The position numbers were made by a program, and so were the translations under genes. This document shows, in pieces, positions 1 to 9,688 of a stretch of DNA of 64,000 nt (position 1 is its first letter; every line of letters starts with the position of its first letter). Where the stretch lies: contig OZ251459.1 in the NCBI GenBank assembly GCA_965242525.1, forward strand, positions 3,360,001 to 3,424,000. The letters are read 5' to 3'. Under the pieces are notes generated by a model, which was given only the letters and a program-made list of their open reading frames with translations, was not told where the DNA came from and did no database searches. The stretch comes from an uncultured Candidatus Binatia bacterium. Its GTDB lineage: Bacteria; Desulfobacterota; Binatia; UBA9968; JAJDTQ01.

Positions 1-1
1 G

Positions 2-2098
2 GCGGAAGAACGGGTCAGCGACGACTACATTGTCCTGACCCAGCGCCCCAATTACGCGTCGGAAGCGGCTTGGAAGAGTGAAGCCGAACGCCCCATCTTC
101 ATCCGCGCCCATAAGCTGCGCTTTCTGCGTCCCTACCAACTGAATGCCGTCCTTGCCTTGCAACGCGCGGTCCGGGACGGCAACGACCGCTTTCTGTTCG
201 AGATGGCTACCGGCACGGGCAAGACGCTCACTGCAGCCGCGGTCATAAAGCTGTTCCTGCGCTCCCGCAACGCGCGCCGCGTGCTGTTCCTAGTGGACCG
301 TCTGGAGTTGGAGGATCAGACCCATAAGGTTTTCACCGCGTTGCTTTCCGTCGACTTCCAGACGGTCATCTACAAGGAGAAGCGCGACGATTGGCGGCGC
401 GCCGAGATCGTCGTCAGCACGGTCCAATCCCTGCTGTTCAACAACAAGTACCAGCAGCTCTTCTCGCCCACGGATTTCGATCTGGTAATCTCCGACGAGG
501 CGCATCGCTCCATCGGCGGTAACGCCCGGGCTGTGTTCGATTATTTCGTGGGCTACAAGCTCGGGCTCACCGCGACCCCGCGCGACTACCTGAAGGGTGC
601 AGACCCCCAACGAGCCGCCAGTCATCCACGGGAGGCTGAGCGCCGGTTGCTGCTGGACACTTACCGTACCTTTGGCTGCGAGAGCGGACAGCCCACCTTT
701 CGCTACTCGCTGTTGGACGGCGTGAAGGATGGCTACCTGATCAGCCCGACGGTGGTGGATGCGCGCACGGACGTGACCACCCGGCTCCTGTCCGAAGAAG
801 GGTTCGTGGTCTCCTTCACCGACGAGACGGGCGACGACCGGGATGAGGCATACAGGCAGCGCGAGTTCGAGAAGCGTTTCTTCTCCGAAGCCACCAACCG
901 CTTGTTCTGCAGGACCTTCTTGGAGAACGCCTTGCGCGATCCGGTTAGCCGAGAGGTGGGCAAGTCCATCATCTTCGGAGTCAGCCAGAACCATGCCGCC
1001 AAGCTCGTCCATATCTTCAACGCGATGGCCCATCGCATGTTCCCTGGCAAGTATCAGTCCGACTTCGCCGTGCAGGTGACCTCGCAGATACCGGACGCCC
1101 AGCCGTTTACCGTGAACTTCACCAACAACAACCTGCTGGGCTCGGGCAATTTCCTGCCCACGTACAGGAGCAGCAAGGCCCGTGTCTGTGTTACTGTAGG
1201 TATGATGACCACCGGGTACGACTGTACCGACGTCCTGAACCTTGGCATGTTTCGGCCCATTTTCTCGCCCACCGATTTCGTCCAGATCAAGGGCCGCGGC
1301 ACCCGCAGGCACCGGTTCCTCGACCAACTCCACGATCCGGCGCTCGCAGAGAACGTCAGGCAGCCCGAAAAGACCGCCTTCAAGCTCTTTGACTTCTTCG
1401 CCAATTGTGAGTACTTTGAGGAAGAATACGATTACGACCAGGTCATCGACCTGCCCAAAGCCGTCACGGACAACGGGCCAACCGACGGTGTTGTGGACGG
1501 GCCGCACACAGTGTTGGAAATATACGAGCATTCGGGTCCGGACGACTTGTCAATGGTGAAGGAAGAAACCATCGGCGTCGAGGGCATGAAGATCGACCGC
1601 ATGTTCTTCGAGCGGTTCGAGGATACAGTGAAGGAGAATGGATTCATCGCCACGTGCGTCGAAGCCGGGGAGTGGGAGAAAGTGATCGAGTACGTCAACC
1701 GGGAAGTCTTCGACAAGCCGGAGGAATACTACAGTTTGGACAAGCTTCGCAGAGCCGCGGCGGTGGACCGTCGCCTGACCCTGCGGGAGATCCTTGAAAA
1801 GGTCTTCGGCCTCATCCCGCGCTTCAAGTCGAGGGACGAGTTGCTGGAGGAGGAGTTCGCCAAGTTCGTCGCCGATTACAAACCCAAAGAGGCGACGGCC
1901 ATCCCCGCCCTCAAGACTTACTTCAAAGCGTACGCCACCAGTAACCAGATCCGCGACATCATCGAAAGCCGTAACTACACAGACCTCGCCACCAACCCGG
2001 CCTTTTCCACCCGGGACTTTCGCGCAGTGCCAGAGAGATACCGCGCCATCATCCCGAATTACATCAAGGACTACGTGCCACTGAACCAGTTCGCCTGA
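2..2098 (+). CDS. hsdR: Type I restriction enzyme R subunit (EcoAI/EcoEI-like), 5' end outside window
   Basis: Frame is open from base 2 (LRFLRPYQ Q-motif). Walker A MATGTGKT, DEAHRS, GLTATP, MMTTGYD and QIKGRGTR helicase motifs. Lies directly upstream of an N6 methylase. Confidence 0.9.
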   Translation, partial: AEERVSDDYIVLTQRPNYASEAAWKSEAERPIFIRAHKLRFLRPYQLNAVLALQRAVRDGNDRFLFEMATGTGKTLTAAAVIKLFLRSRNARRVLFLVDRLELEDQTHKVFTALLSVDFQTVIYKEKRDDWRRAEIVVSTVQSLLFNNKYQQLFSPTDFDLVISDEAHRSIGGNARAVFDYFVGYKLGLTATPRDYLKGADPQRAASHPREAERRLLLDTYRTFGCESGQPTFRYSLLDGVKDGYLISPTVVDARTDVTTRLLSEEGFVVSFTDETGDDRDEAYRQREFEKRFFSEATNRLFCRTFLENALRDPVSREVGKSIIFGVSQNHAAKLVHIFNAMAHRMFPGKYQSDFAVQVTSQIPDAQPFTVNFTNNNLLGSGNFLPTYRSSKARVCVTVGMMTTGYDCTDVLNLGMFRPIFSPTDFVQIKGRGTRRHRFLDQLHDPALAENVRQPEKTAFKLFDFFANCEYFEEEYDYDQVIDLPKAVTDNGPTDGVVDGPHTVLEIYEHSGPDDLSMVKEETIGVEGMKIDRMFFERFEDTVKENGFIATCVEAGEWEKVIEYVNREVFDKPEEYYSLDKLRRAAAVDRRLTLREILEKVFGLIPRFKSRDELLEEEFAKFVADYKPKEATAIPALKTYFKAYATSNQIRDIIESRNYTDLATNPAFSTRDFRAVPERYRAIIPNYIKDYVPLNQFA

Positions 2099-2117
2099 AT
2101 CGTGAGGAGGAACCGCC

Positions 2118-4120
2118 TTGCTCGACTCCACCACCAAACACCGTATTGACACCGCCCGTGATATCCTCGTGGGCAAGGTGCCTGACCCCAAGAGTCAGGT
2201 GGAGCAGATCACCATCGCGCTCATCTATAAGTTCATGGACGATATGGACGCCGAAAGCGAGGAGTTGGGAGGACGGCGCAGGTTTTTTGCCAACAGGTTC
2301 GCCCGCTACGGCTGGACGAAGTTGATGCGCTCCGGCCTGGGGGGGCACGAAACCCTGAACCTCTATGCCGAAGCCATCACCCGTATGCCCGAGAACCCCG
2401 GCATTCCACCCCTGTTCCGCAGCATCTTTAACAATGCCTACCTGCCCTACCGCGACCCGGAGACCTTGCGCGCCTTCCTAAAGGTCATCAACGAGTTCAC
2501 CTATGACCACTCGGAGCGGCTGGGAGACGCTTTCGAGTACCTGCTGTCCGTCATGGGTTCCCAGGGCGACGCTGGCCAGTTCCGCACCCCGCGCCACATC
2601 ATCGACTTCATCGTCGCCATCATCGACCCGAAAAAGGATGAGACTATGCTCGATCCGGCGTGCGGTACCGGAGGTTTCCTCATCTCCTCTTACAAACACA
2701 TCCTGAAGACCAACACGGACGAGGACGGGAACAGCACTCTCACGCCCGAAGACCGCCGCCGACTCGCCGTCAACTTCAAGGGCTACGATATCTCTCCCGA
2801 CATGGTGCGCCTCTCCCTCGTGAATATGTACCTCCACGGCTTCGCCGACCCGCACATCTTGGAGTACGACACCCTCACCAGCCAGGAACACTGGAACGAG
2901 TACGCCGACGTCATACTGGCCAACCCCCCTTTCATGTCACCCAAGGGCGGCATCCGCCCACACAACCGGTTTTCGGTCCAGTCCAAGCGTAGCGAAGTCC
3001 TGTTCGTGGACTACATGGCCGAGCACTTGAACCCTACTGGCCGAGCCGGAATCATCGTACCCGAAGGCATCATCTTCCAGAGTCAAGGCGCACACACGAA
3101 ATTGCGCCGGATGCTGGTAGAGGATTTCCTCGTAGCGGTCATTTCATTGCCAGCCGGCGTGTTCCAGCCCTATTCCGGCGTGAAGACCTCGATCCTGATC
3201 CTGGACAAGGCGCTGGCCAAACGGACAAACCGCATCGCTTTCTTCGGGGTGGAGAACGACGGCTACGATCTAGGAGCACAGCGACGACCGATCGAGGAGA
3301 ACGACTTGCCACGCGTAACGGCCGAGATCGTAGAGTATCTGGGCCACTCGCGAACCGATAAATTCCTGAACGCTGCCGAACCGATACGCGCCGGGCAAGT
3401 GGCGGAGCCTAGGGGTACGTATACGACGGTCGAACCGTCCAGAGGCTTTCAACCTAATAGCGGACTCATCGTCGAGAAGGAACAAATCGCCACTCTTGGA
3501 GGCTATGGCTTGAATGCGGTGCGTTATCAGGAAGGCGACACCCGCAAGAAGAAATCAAAGTGGCCACTTGTGAAAGTTAAGGATGTGTGCCAAGCTATTT
3601 TGGGTGGTGGCACTCCTTCTACGAAAAACGAAGAGTACTGGCAAGGGAAGATTCCTTGGATCACAAGTGCCGACATCGTAAATCTCACGACTGCGAGACC
3701 ACGTCGATATATCACGGAGAAAGCAATAAAGGAATCGGCCACCAACTTGATCCCCAAAGACAATGTGGTAGTTGTAACAAGAGTTGGCCTCGGGAAACTA
3801 TTCAGGAACAGTTTTGATATATGTATTAGTCAAGACTCACATGGGTTGATCGTGAAAGATGGAGTCAATGCGGATTATCTGGTACAGATACTGAAAGACA
3901 AGGTGAAGGAATTCAAGAAAAGCAGTCAAGGTTCGACCATACAGGGAGTTACAAAAAGAGACTAGCCGAAATTGAGATACCTCTTCCTCCGCCGATCGTA
4001 CAACGAGAAATCGTAGAAGAGATAGAGAGGTGCCAAAAAGTTATAGACGAGGCATTAGAATTGGTAACGCAGATGAACAGCAAAATAGAGACAACCCTAA
4101 CGCGAGTGTGGGAATCATAG
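2118..4120 (+). CDS. Type I N6-adenine methyltransferase fused to a single-TRD specificity domain (HsdM-HsdS), frameshifted near 3955
   Basis: GQFRTPR, DPACGTGG and ANPPF motifs, then TRD-like GGGTPST..YWQGKIPWIT. The ORF stops at 3965, but a shifted frame 3962-4120 reads LAEIEIPLPPPIVQREIVEEI..VWES*, the conserved HsdS helix. Confidence 0.85.
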
Positions 4121-4124
4121 TTTT

Positions 4125-5792
4125 ATGAGAGAGAATCAAATGTATTGGGATATTCCGCAAATTGTCGGCGAGCCGCTGCATATACCTATCACTGGCGGCG
4201 ACCGGATTTTCATCGTAGGTCCCAACGGTTCGGGAAAATCAGCGTTGATTCAGCACTTTGTCTCGTTACATGGGTCTCAGAATCAGCCTCAGGAAATCCA
4301 ACGTATTGCAGCGCATAGGCAGACATGGCTTACTTCGGGAAGCATTGATGTTACACCGAAGAAACGCAGACAGTTTGATGAAATCTTTAAGACATATGAA
4401 ACCGATCCTGCCTCACGATGGATGGATAGGAGTCCGCACGAGAGACAGTCAGCGGTGCTCTTTGATTTGGTTGCGCAAGAGAATGATCGAGCCCGTCGCA
4501 TTACTCGTCAAGTTGACGATGGAAAGGAGTGTGAAGCGAAACGAATCGCTGCTAGAACAACATCTCCTTTCGCTCGACTCAACGATCTATTACAATGTGG
4601 AATGTTGACAATCACACTTGAAGATTCGCTTGGGGAAGAGATACTGGCTCGGCATCGAGGTACGGAAACCTCCTTCAGCATGGCGCAGATGTCGGATGGG
4701 GAACGAAATGCTGCTATTATTGCCGCTAATGTATTGACTGTGAAACCTGATACTATATTGTTAATCGATGAACCGGAGCGGCATTTGCACAGGTCGATTA
4801 TTGAGCCTTTTCTTTCTGCCGTGTTTGAACAACGACAAGACTGTGCGTTCATCATTTCGACACATGAGCTCGCCCTGCCGATTGCCAATCCAAGAGCACA
4901 AGTTCTTATGGTTCGATCATGTAGATGGGGGGCGGATACTGCAGAAGCGTGGGATGCGCAACTTCTCAAAGCAAGTCCGGAACTACCGGAAGATCTGAAA
5001 CGCTTGATCCTGGGTGCTCGAAGGAGAATTTTGTTTGTCGAGGGCACCTCAGGCAGCTTAGACCTACCACTTTATACTACTCTATTCCCGAAGGTCTCCG
5101 TGGTGTCGCAGGGGAGTTGTACTGATCTCCTAAGGGCCGTAAAAGGCTTGCGAGAGACTACAAACCTGCATCACGTCGAGGCATTTGGTCTTATTGACCG
5201 GGATAACCGCGGAGAGGATGAGGTTAAACAATTGTTTGATAATGGAGTGTTTGCTCTCGAAGTGTACTCAGTGGAAGCGCTTTACTATTCTCTGGACGCT
5301 ATTGAAGCGGTGGCTCGTTGGCAAGCGAATTCATTCAGGTGCAGCGCCGATGAGATGATCGCGTCTGTGAAAGAGGAAGCATTGCGTGTCTTGGAGGAAA
5401 GCGATTTGGCAGAAAGAATGGCAGCACGACGAAGTGCCGGTCGGATACATGCTGAATTATTGTCACAAATGCCTGATTGGAAATACATCAGAGACCATAG
5501 GGGTAGCAGATTCAAAGTTTCCGTGGAGTCTCCGTACTCAGAGGAACTGGAGCATTTTCGCAAACTTGTTGCCGAAAAGAGATTGGATGAACTCGTCGCA
5601 CGCTATCCGTTACGCGAGAGTCGTCTATTCAATACCATTGCCAACGCTTTGAAGTGTCGTTACAGAAGTGACTACGAGCAGATGGTGCTTTCCCGGCTTA
5701 GAGACGCCGAGAATCTGGCTCAGAAGCTGAAACAACGCGTCGGCCCTCTCGCGACGGAGCTTGAGCGGGCTACCTCCCGGGAAGCAGGCTGA
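4125..5792 (+). CDS. ABC-type ATPase fused to a TOPRIM-like (DUF4435-type) domain; OLD- or merged-PARIS-like defence protein
   Basis: Walker A GPNGSGKS, signature MSDGER, Walker B LLIDEPERHLH, H-loop STH. C-terminal ILFVEG and IDRD (DxD) TOPRIM motifs. AT-richer than the backbone. Confidence 0.75.
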   Translation: MRENQMYWDIPQIVGEPLHIPITGGDRIFIVGPNGSGKSALIQHFVSLHGSQNQPQEIQRIAAHRQTWLTSGSIDVTPKKRRQFDEIFKTYETDPASRWMDRSPHERQSAVLFDLVAQENDRARRITRQVDDGKECEAKRIAARTTSPFARLNDLLQCGMLTITLEDSLGEEILARHRGTETSFSMAQMSDGERNAAIIAANVLTVKPDTILLIDEPERHLHRSIIEPFLSAVFEQRQDCAFIISTHELALPIANPRAQVLMVRSCRWGADTAEAWDAQLLKASPELPEDLKRLILGARRRILFVEGTSGSLDLPLYTTLFPKVSVVSQGSCTDLLRAVKGLRETTNLHHVEAFGLIDRDNRGEDEVKQLFDNGVFALEVYSVEALYYSLDAIEAVARWQANSFRCSADEMIASVKEEALRVLEESDLAERMAARRSAGRIHAELLSQMPDWKYIRDHRGSRFKVSVESPYSEELEHFRKLVAEKRLDELVARYPLRESRLFNTIANALKCRYRSDYEQMVLSRLRDAENLAQKLKQRVGPLATELERATSREAG

Positions 5793-5798
5793 ATCAAT

Positions 5799-5825
5799 GG
5801 GCTCTTCCGGCTTTCGTGTGGGTAG
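5799..5825 (+). repeat. Isolated left end of MITE family C (GGCTCTTCCGGCTTTCGTGTGGGT)
   Basis: Matches the terminal repeat at 12192-12215. Confidence 0.7.
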
Positions 5826-5882
5826 GGATAGGGAGGAAAGGGGGGGTGAGACAGGGTAGAGGGAGCGGCAAGGGAGGGAGCA

Positions 5883-6206
5883 ATGCGCTACGTCGCGCTC
5901 ATCCACGGTGGTGACGGTTCCGGTTTCGGCATCAGCTTCCCCGACTTTCCCGGATATGCGTCGGATGGCGACACCGTGGAGGAAGCCTTCCACCGCGGCG
6001 CCGAGGCGCTGGCCTTTCACATCGAGGGCATGATCGAGGACGGAGAAACCATCCCGGAACCGCTCGGCGTCCAGGAGGTCAGGGCCGATCCGAGCCTTGC
6101 GGAATGGCGGGAGGGCGCGGACGTGGCCTTCGTTCCTCTCGTCCTCGACAAGGGTTCCCCGTGACGTGTCCGCGTCTCTCTGGATTACGGTTCGCTGCAG
6201 GCCATC
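5883..6206 (+). pseudogene. hicB: HicB-family antitoxin truncated by an in-frame TGA
   Basis: MRYVALIH..FGISFPDFPG..SDGDTVEEA HicB N-domain. TGA at 6162-6164 is followed in frame by RVRVSLDYGSLQAI, which resembles the start of an RHH domain. Confidence 0.65.
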
Positions 6207-6226
6207 CACAAAGGGCACTCATGGCC

Positions 6227-6415
6227 TCATTTGAGTACTTCCACCCCAAGGTCCCTGCATATCTTCTTCGCTAGGATGTCCTTTATCTCGGAATGCCGTG
6301 GAATCGCGGAACGCTTGTTCAAAGCAGGGTTGTGCCACCACGAATGCTTGCGGCCTTCCCGCAGGAGGTCACACCCCCGGCTTCGTAGATACTGCAAGAG
6401 TTCGTTTCTCTTCAC
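6227..6415 (-). CDS. hicA: HicA-family toxin (mRNA interferase)
   Basis: 62 aa, LLREGRKHSWW..IPRHSEI..KICRDL. Overlaps the upstream hicB. Confidence 0.85.
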   Translation of the reverse strand: MKRNELLQYLRSRGCDLLREGRKHSWWHNPALNKRSAIPRHSEIKDILAKKICRDLGVEVLK

Positions 6416-6624
6416 AGGGTGACGGTTTCTTCCCTGAAGTCACTTCCCGCCGCCTTCAGGGCATCCCGCCGGTTGAATTCCAGTGCTTCCCGGAGCGTTA
6501 CCGCCAAGGTGTCCATCAACTCTTCATGGGTCCTTTCCTGGCAGTTCACTCCGGGCACTTCTTCGATCCATCCCAGCCACCAGTCGCCTTCCTGCTTGAC
6601 GACGGCGGTATATTCCTTTTCCAT
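6412..6624 (-). CDS. hicB: HicB-family antitoxin (short)
   Basis: MEKEYTAVVKQEGDWWLGWIEEVPGVNCQERT; ATG at 6624. Confidence 0.85.
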   Translation of the reverse strand: MEKEYTAVVKQEGDWWLGWIEEVPGVNCQERTHEELMDTLAVTLREALEFNRRDALKAAGSDFREETVTL

Positions 6625-6777
6625 GGTGGTTGCCTCCGTACCAGGCCCCGTGATGCGGTCGGCTGCGCCGAAGCGGGTTTTCAGGTGCTGCCGGTCTGAG
6701 GGTTCAAGTCTATACTGTCGGTCCGGGATCATGCAACGTCGCTGTCGTTCTGCCTATTTCACGACACGCTCCCGCAC

Positions 6778-8166
6778 TCACCTGAGCACGCTCATCACCG
6801 CACGTGCGTCCACCACGTGGACGCCGGCGCGGGTGCGCGGAGCAGCGCCTCCCGGGACGAACAGCGCATGGCAGACTTCGGCGTTCCCGACATGGGGCAG
6901 GTTTCGGAGGGCGGCAAGGGCGCCGGCTCCGGACGGGGCGGCCGGCTTCACGGACCACTTGACTTCGCCCACCAGCAGCCGCCGGCCGTCCACCGAGAAC
7001 GCGACGACGTCCAGTTCCGGCTCATGGCCCCGCCAGTACCTTTGCGCGGGCTCCCACGGGCCGAGTTCCGCCAGCCTGGTATCGGAGCGGTGCAGCAGGG
7101 GTACGGCCATGCGGCACAACTCTTCCCAGGCCAGGGACTCCAGGCCGGGGCAGTGCCGGTTCCAGTAGCGCAACCGCGTCTCCCGAGGCGCCGCGGCAAG
7201 GGCGGCCCGGTGGGGGGCGACCACCCGGAACCACAGCCGGAGAAAGGGGTCGTCGATCCGGTAGAGGCTTCGCTTGCCCGACTTCGGGTCGCTCCCGAAG
7301 GGCGTCTCGCGGCGCACGAACCCCATCTCCATCAGGGACGCCAGGGGCTTCGACAAGCCGGATGCGGGTTTGCCCAGACGGCTTGCGACCTCGCTGACCC
7401 GATGCGCGCCGTTGCCGATGACGTCCAGCACCGGGCGTAACGCAGTAGCCGGGGGCGTTTCCTCCCGCAGCAACCGGTCGGGCTCTCCATGCAGCGGTCC
7501 TGCAGGGTCGAGGACCAGGGCGTCCACCGCAGCGTCGCAATCGTCTCCGAAGGGTTCGGCCAGCTCCCAATAGCGGGGCATCCCGCCCCACAGCGCATAC
7601 GCGGAGACCAGGGCGCGGAGGTCGTCGAAGGGAAAGACCCGGGCAAGGTGTCCCGGTTGCAGCGGGCGCACGGCAAAGGCTTCCGCGGCCCGGCCGTACA
7701 GGGGCGCGGCGGCGTCGAGGATGGCGCTGCGCATCATGTGCTGGCTCGACCCGCAGACCACCAGCTTCAGCCGACGCTCCGGGCGGTCCAGCCAGTTCTG
7801 CAGGACGCCGGCCAGAGCAGGGTCCGCGTCGAGGAGGTAGGGCAGTTCGTCGAGTACGAACGGCCCCTGCCAGCCGGCCCGCTGGGCCTCCGCGTCGAGC
7901 CGCGTCAGGAACGAGCGCCAGTCCGGGTATTCGACGTCGGCAAAGCCGGGGAACCGTTCGGCGACCGCTCCGGCCAGGTAGCGCCGCTGCACCGGAGGCG
8001 CGGACTGGTCGGCCACCGCGTAGAGGCCGTCGTGACGCCGGGTCCACTCGATGAGCAGGCGTGACTTGCCGACCCTGCGGCGCCCCCGGACGACGGCGAA
8101 GGCCCCGGGCCGCAAGAGCACGCGGTCCAGTCGGCGCATCTCTTCCGCGCGGTCGAGGAACTGCAT
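6778..8166 (-). CDS. Archaeal-type ATPase with wHTH and C-terminal PD-(D/E)xK-like domain (DUF234-type)
   Basis: MQFLDR start, Walker A GRRRVGKS, Walker B FVLDELPYL, GGMPRY, DPFLRLWF, ELDVVA..GEVKW. Confidence 0.8.
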   Translation of the reverse strand: MQFLDRAEEMRRLDRVLLRPGAFAVVRGRRRVGKSRLLIEWTRRHDGLYAVADQSAPPVQRRYLAGAVAERFPGFADVEYPDWRSFLTRLDAEAQRAGWQGPFVLDELPYLLDADPALAGVLQNWLDRPERRLKLVVCGSSQHMMRSAILDAAAPLYGRAAEAFAVRPLQPGHLARVFPFDDLRALVSAYALWGGMPRYWELAEPFGDDCDAAVDALVLDPAGPLHGEPDRLLREETPPATALRPVLDVIGNGAHRVSEVASRLGKPASGLSKPLASLMEMGFVRRETPFGSDPKSGKRSLYRIDDPFLRLWFRVVAPHRAALAAAPRETRLRYWNRHCPGLESLAWEELCRMAVPLLHRSDTRLAELGPWEPAQRYWRGHEPELDVVAFSVDGRRLLVGEVKWSVKPAAPSGAGALAALRNLPHVGNAEVCHALFVPGGAAPRTRAGVHVVDARAVMSVLR

Positions 8167-8304
8167 GGAACTATTATGTGGGTCGGTATTATGCCTGTCA
8201 ACATAACCTCTGGATACGCGCCGGCGGCAGCGAACTCCGCTCGACTTGGGGATTGACACGCCGCCGCCTCATCGCCTACCTTTGTCGCCGAACGCCAATC
8301 GTCC

Positions 8305-8342
8305 CCGTTCGTCCTGAGCGTAGCGAAGCGAAGTCGAAGGAC
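8305..8342 (+). repeat. REP-like repeat family A (CCGTTCGTCCTGAGCGTAGCGAAGCGAAGTCGAAGGAC)
   Basis: Near-identical copies at 12148, 12378, 12684, 38247/38280, 39668 and 48904. Confidence 0.85.
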
Positions 8343-8415
8343 GCGCTTCCCCGCGGGGAGAGGGAGTTCGAGCCGGAATCGACCAGACGTCCCCAAACCC
8401 ACGAGAGGCGCCGTT

Positions 8416-9678
8416 GTGACCACACCCGACACTCCCCTGGAACCGGAAAAGCAGTCCGCTCCGCCGGACCCGGAGAAGCAGCCTGCGATGGTGCGCGTGG
8501 ACTCCTACGCGGAGTGGCGCAACCGGGAGGGGGTCCCGCTGGTGGGCGGGATCTACATCGAGGACATGAAGGCGGTGGAGGTGGGGCCGTGGCCGCGCAA
8601 GGGCGACGGGGTCAAGGGCGCGCTGTGCTACCTGGACGGCGACAACGGCGGCGACGAGCACATCGTCGAGCTGGCGCCCGGGGGCTACACCGCGCCGTTG
8701 CGGCACATGTACACCGAGGCCATCTACGTGGTGTCGGGCCACGGCTCGTGCTCGGTGTGGCGCGAGGGCGGGGAGAAACAGACCTTCGAGTGGGGGCCGG
8801 GAAGCTATTTCGTTCCGCCCACCAACGCCTGGCACCAGTTCTTCAACGCCAGCCTGTCGCAGCCCGCGCGCTGGTTCTCCGTCACCGACCTGCCCCAGCT
8901 CCTGCGCCAGTGGGCCAGCGAGGACTTCATCTTCCACAACCCCTACGACTTCGACGACCGCTACCGGGGCGAGCCCGACTACTTCAGCGCCGAGGCCAAG
9001 CTCTACCGCGGCCGGGTGTGGGAGACCAACTTCATCCCGGACATCCGCAAGCTGCCCCTCTACGAGTGGAAGAGCCGAGGGGGCGGCGGAACCAACGCGT
9101 TCATGGTGATGGGCGCCGGGATGATGGAGTCGCACGTGTCCCGCTTCGAGTCGGGCTACTACAAGAAGTCCCACCGCCACGGCCCCGGAGCGCACCTCTA
9201 CATCATCGAAGGCGAAGGCTACGTGCTCGCCCAGCGGGGCGACGAGCCGCGCATCCGCTGCGACTGGAAGGAGGGGAGCCTCTACCTCTCCGGCGCGGGC
9301 CAGGGCCTGTGGCTGCACCAGCACTTCAACGTGGGCGCGACCCCGGCCACCTACCTGGTGATGAACCAGGGCCTGTCGCGCAAGTACGCGGTGAACCGCT
9401 GGCAGGCCCAGGAATCCACGGTGCTCCGCACCGGCGAGGTGAGCGGCAAGAAGGGCGGCTACCAGGTGGAGTACGAAGACGAGGACCCGGAGGTCCACCG
9501 GATCTTCGAGGAAGAGCTGCGGCGGCGCGGGCTTGCCTGCAAGATGAAGAACATGGTGCCTTGGTGCACGGGCGAGTCCGGGGCGGAGGCGGTCAAGGTC
9601 TTCTTCCCGGACGAGCACGGGAACCTGCCGGGCGAGCATGGCGTCCTCCCGGACGAGGAGGGGAGCTTCGTCGATTGA
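8416..9678 (+). CDS. Bicupin-domain protein
   Basis: Two cupin motif sets: LRHMYTEAIYVVSGHG..PTNAWHQFFN and SHRHGPGAHLYIIEGEG..WLHQHFN. Confidence 0.8.
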   Translation: MTTPDTPLEPEKQSAPPDPEKQPAMVRVDSYAEWRNREGVPLVGGIYIEDMKAVEVGPWPRKGDGVKGALCYLDGDNGGDEHIVELAPGGYTAPLRHMYTEAIYVVSGHGSCSVWREGGEKQTFEWGPGSYFVPPTNAWHQFFNASLSQPARWFSVTDLPQLLRQWASEDFIFHNPYDFDDRYRGEPDYFSAEAKLYRGRVWETNFIPDIRKLPLYEWKSRGGGGTNAFMVMGAGMMESHVSRFESGYYKKSHRHGPGAHLYIIEGEGYVLAQRGDEPRIRCDWKEGSLYLSGAGQGLWLHQHFNVGATPATYLVMNQGLSRKYAVNRWQAQESTVLRTGEVSGKKGGYQVEYEDEDPEVHRIFEEELRRRGLACKMKNMVPWCTGESGAEAVKVFFPDEHGNLPGEHGVLPDEEGSFVD

Positions 9679-9688
9679 CGGGCCGGCC

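Noticed and set aside
3951-3965. Programmed -1 ribosomal frameshift in hsdM-S
   Set aside because: The run is A5, not a canonical A_AAA_AAG heptamer; an indel is the simpler explanation.
6162-6164. Selenocysteine read-through of the hicB TGA
   Set aside because: Not a Cys-type position and no evident SECIS hairpin.
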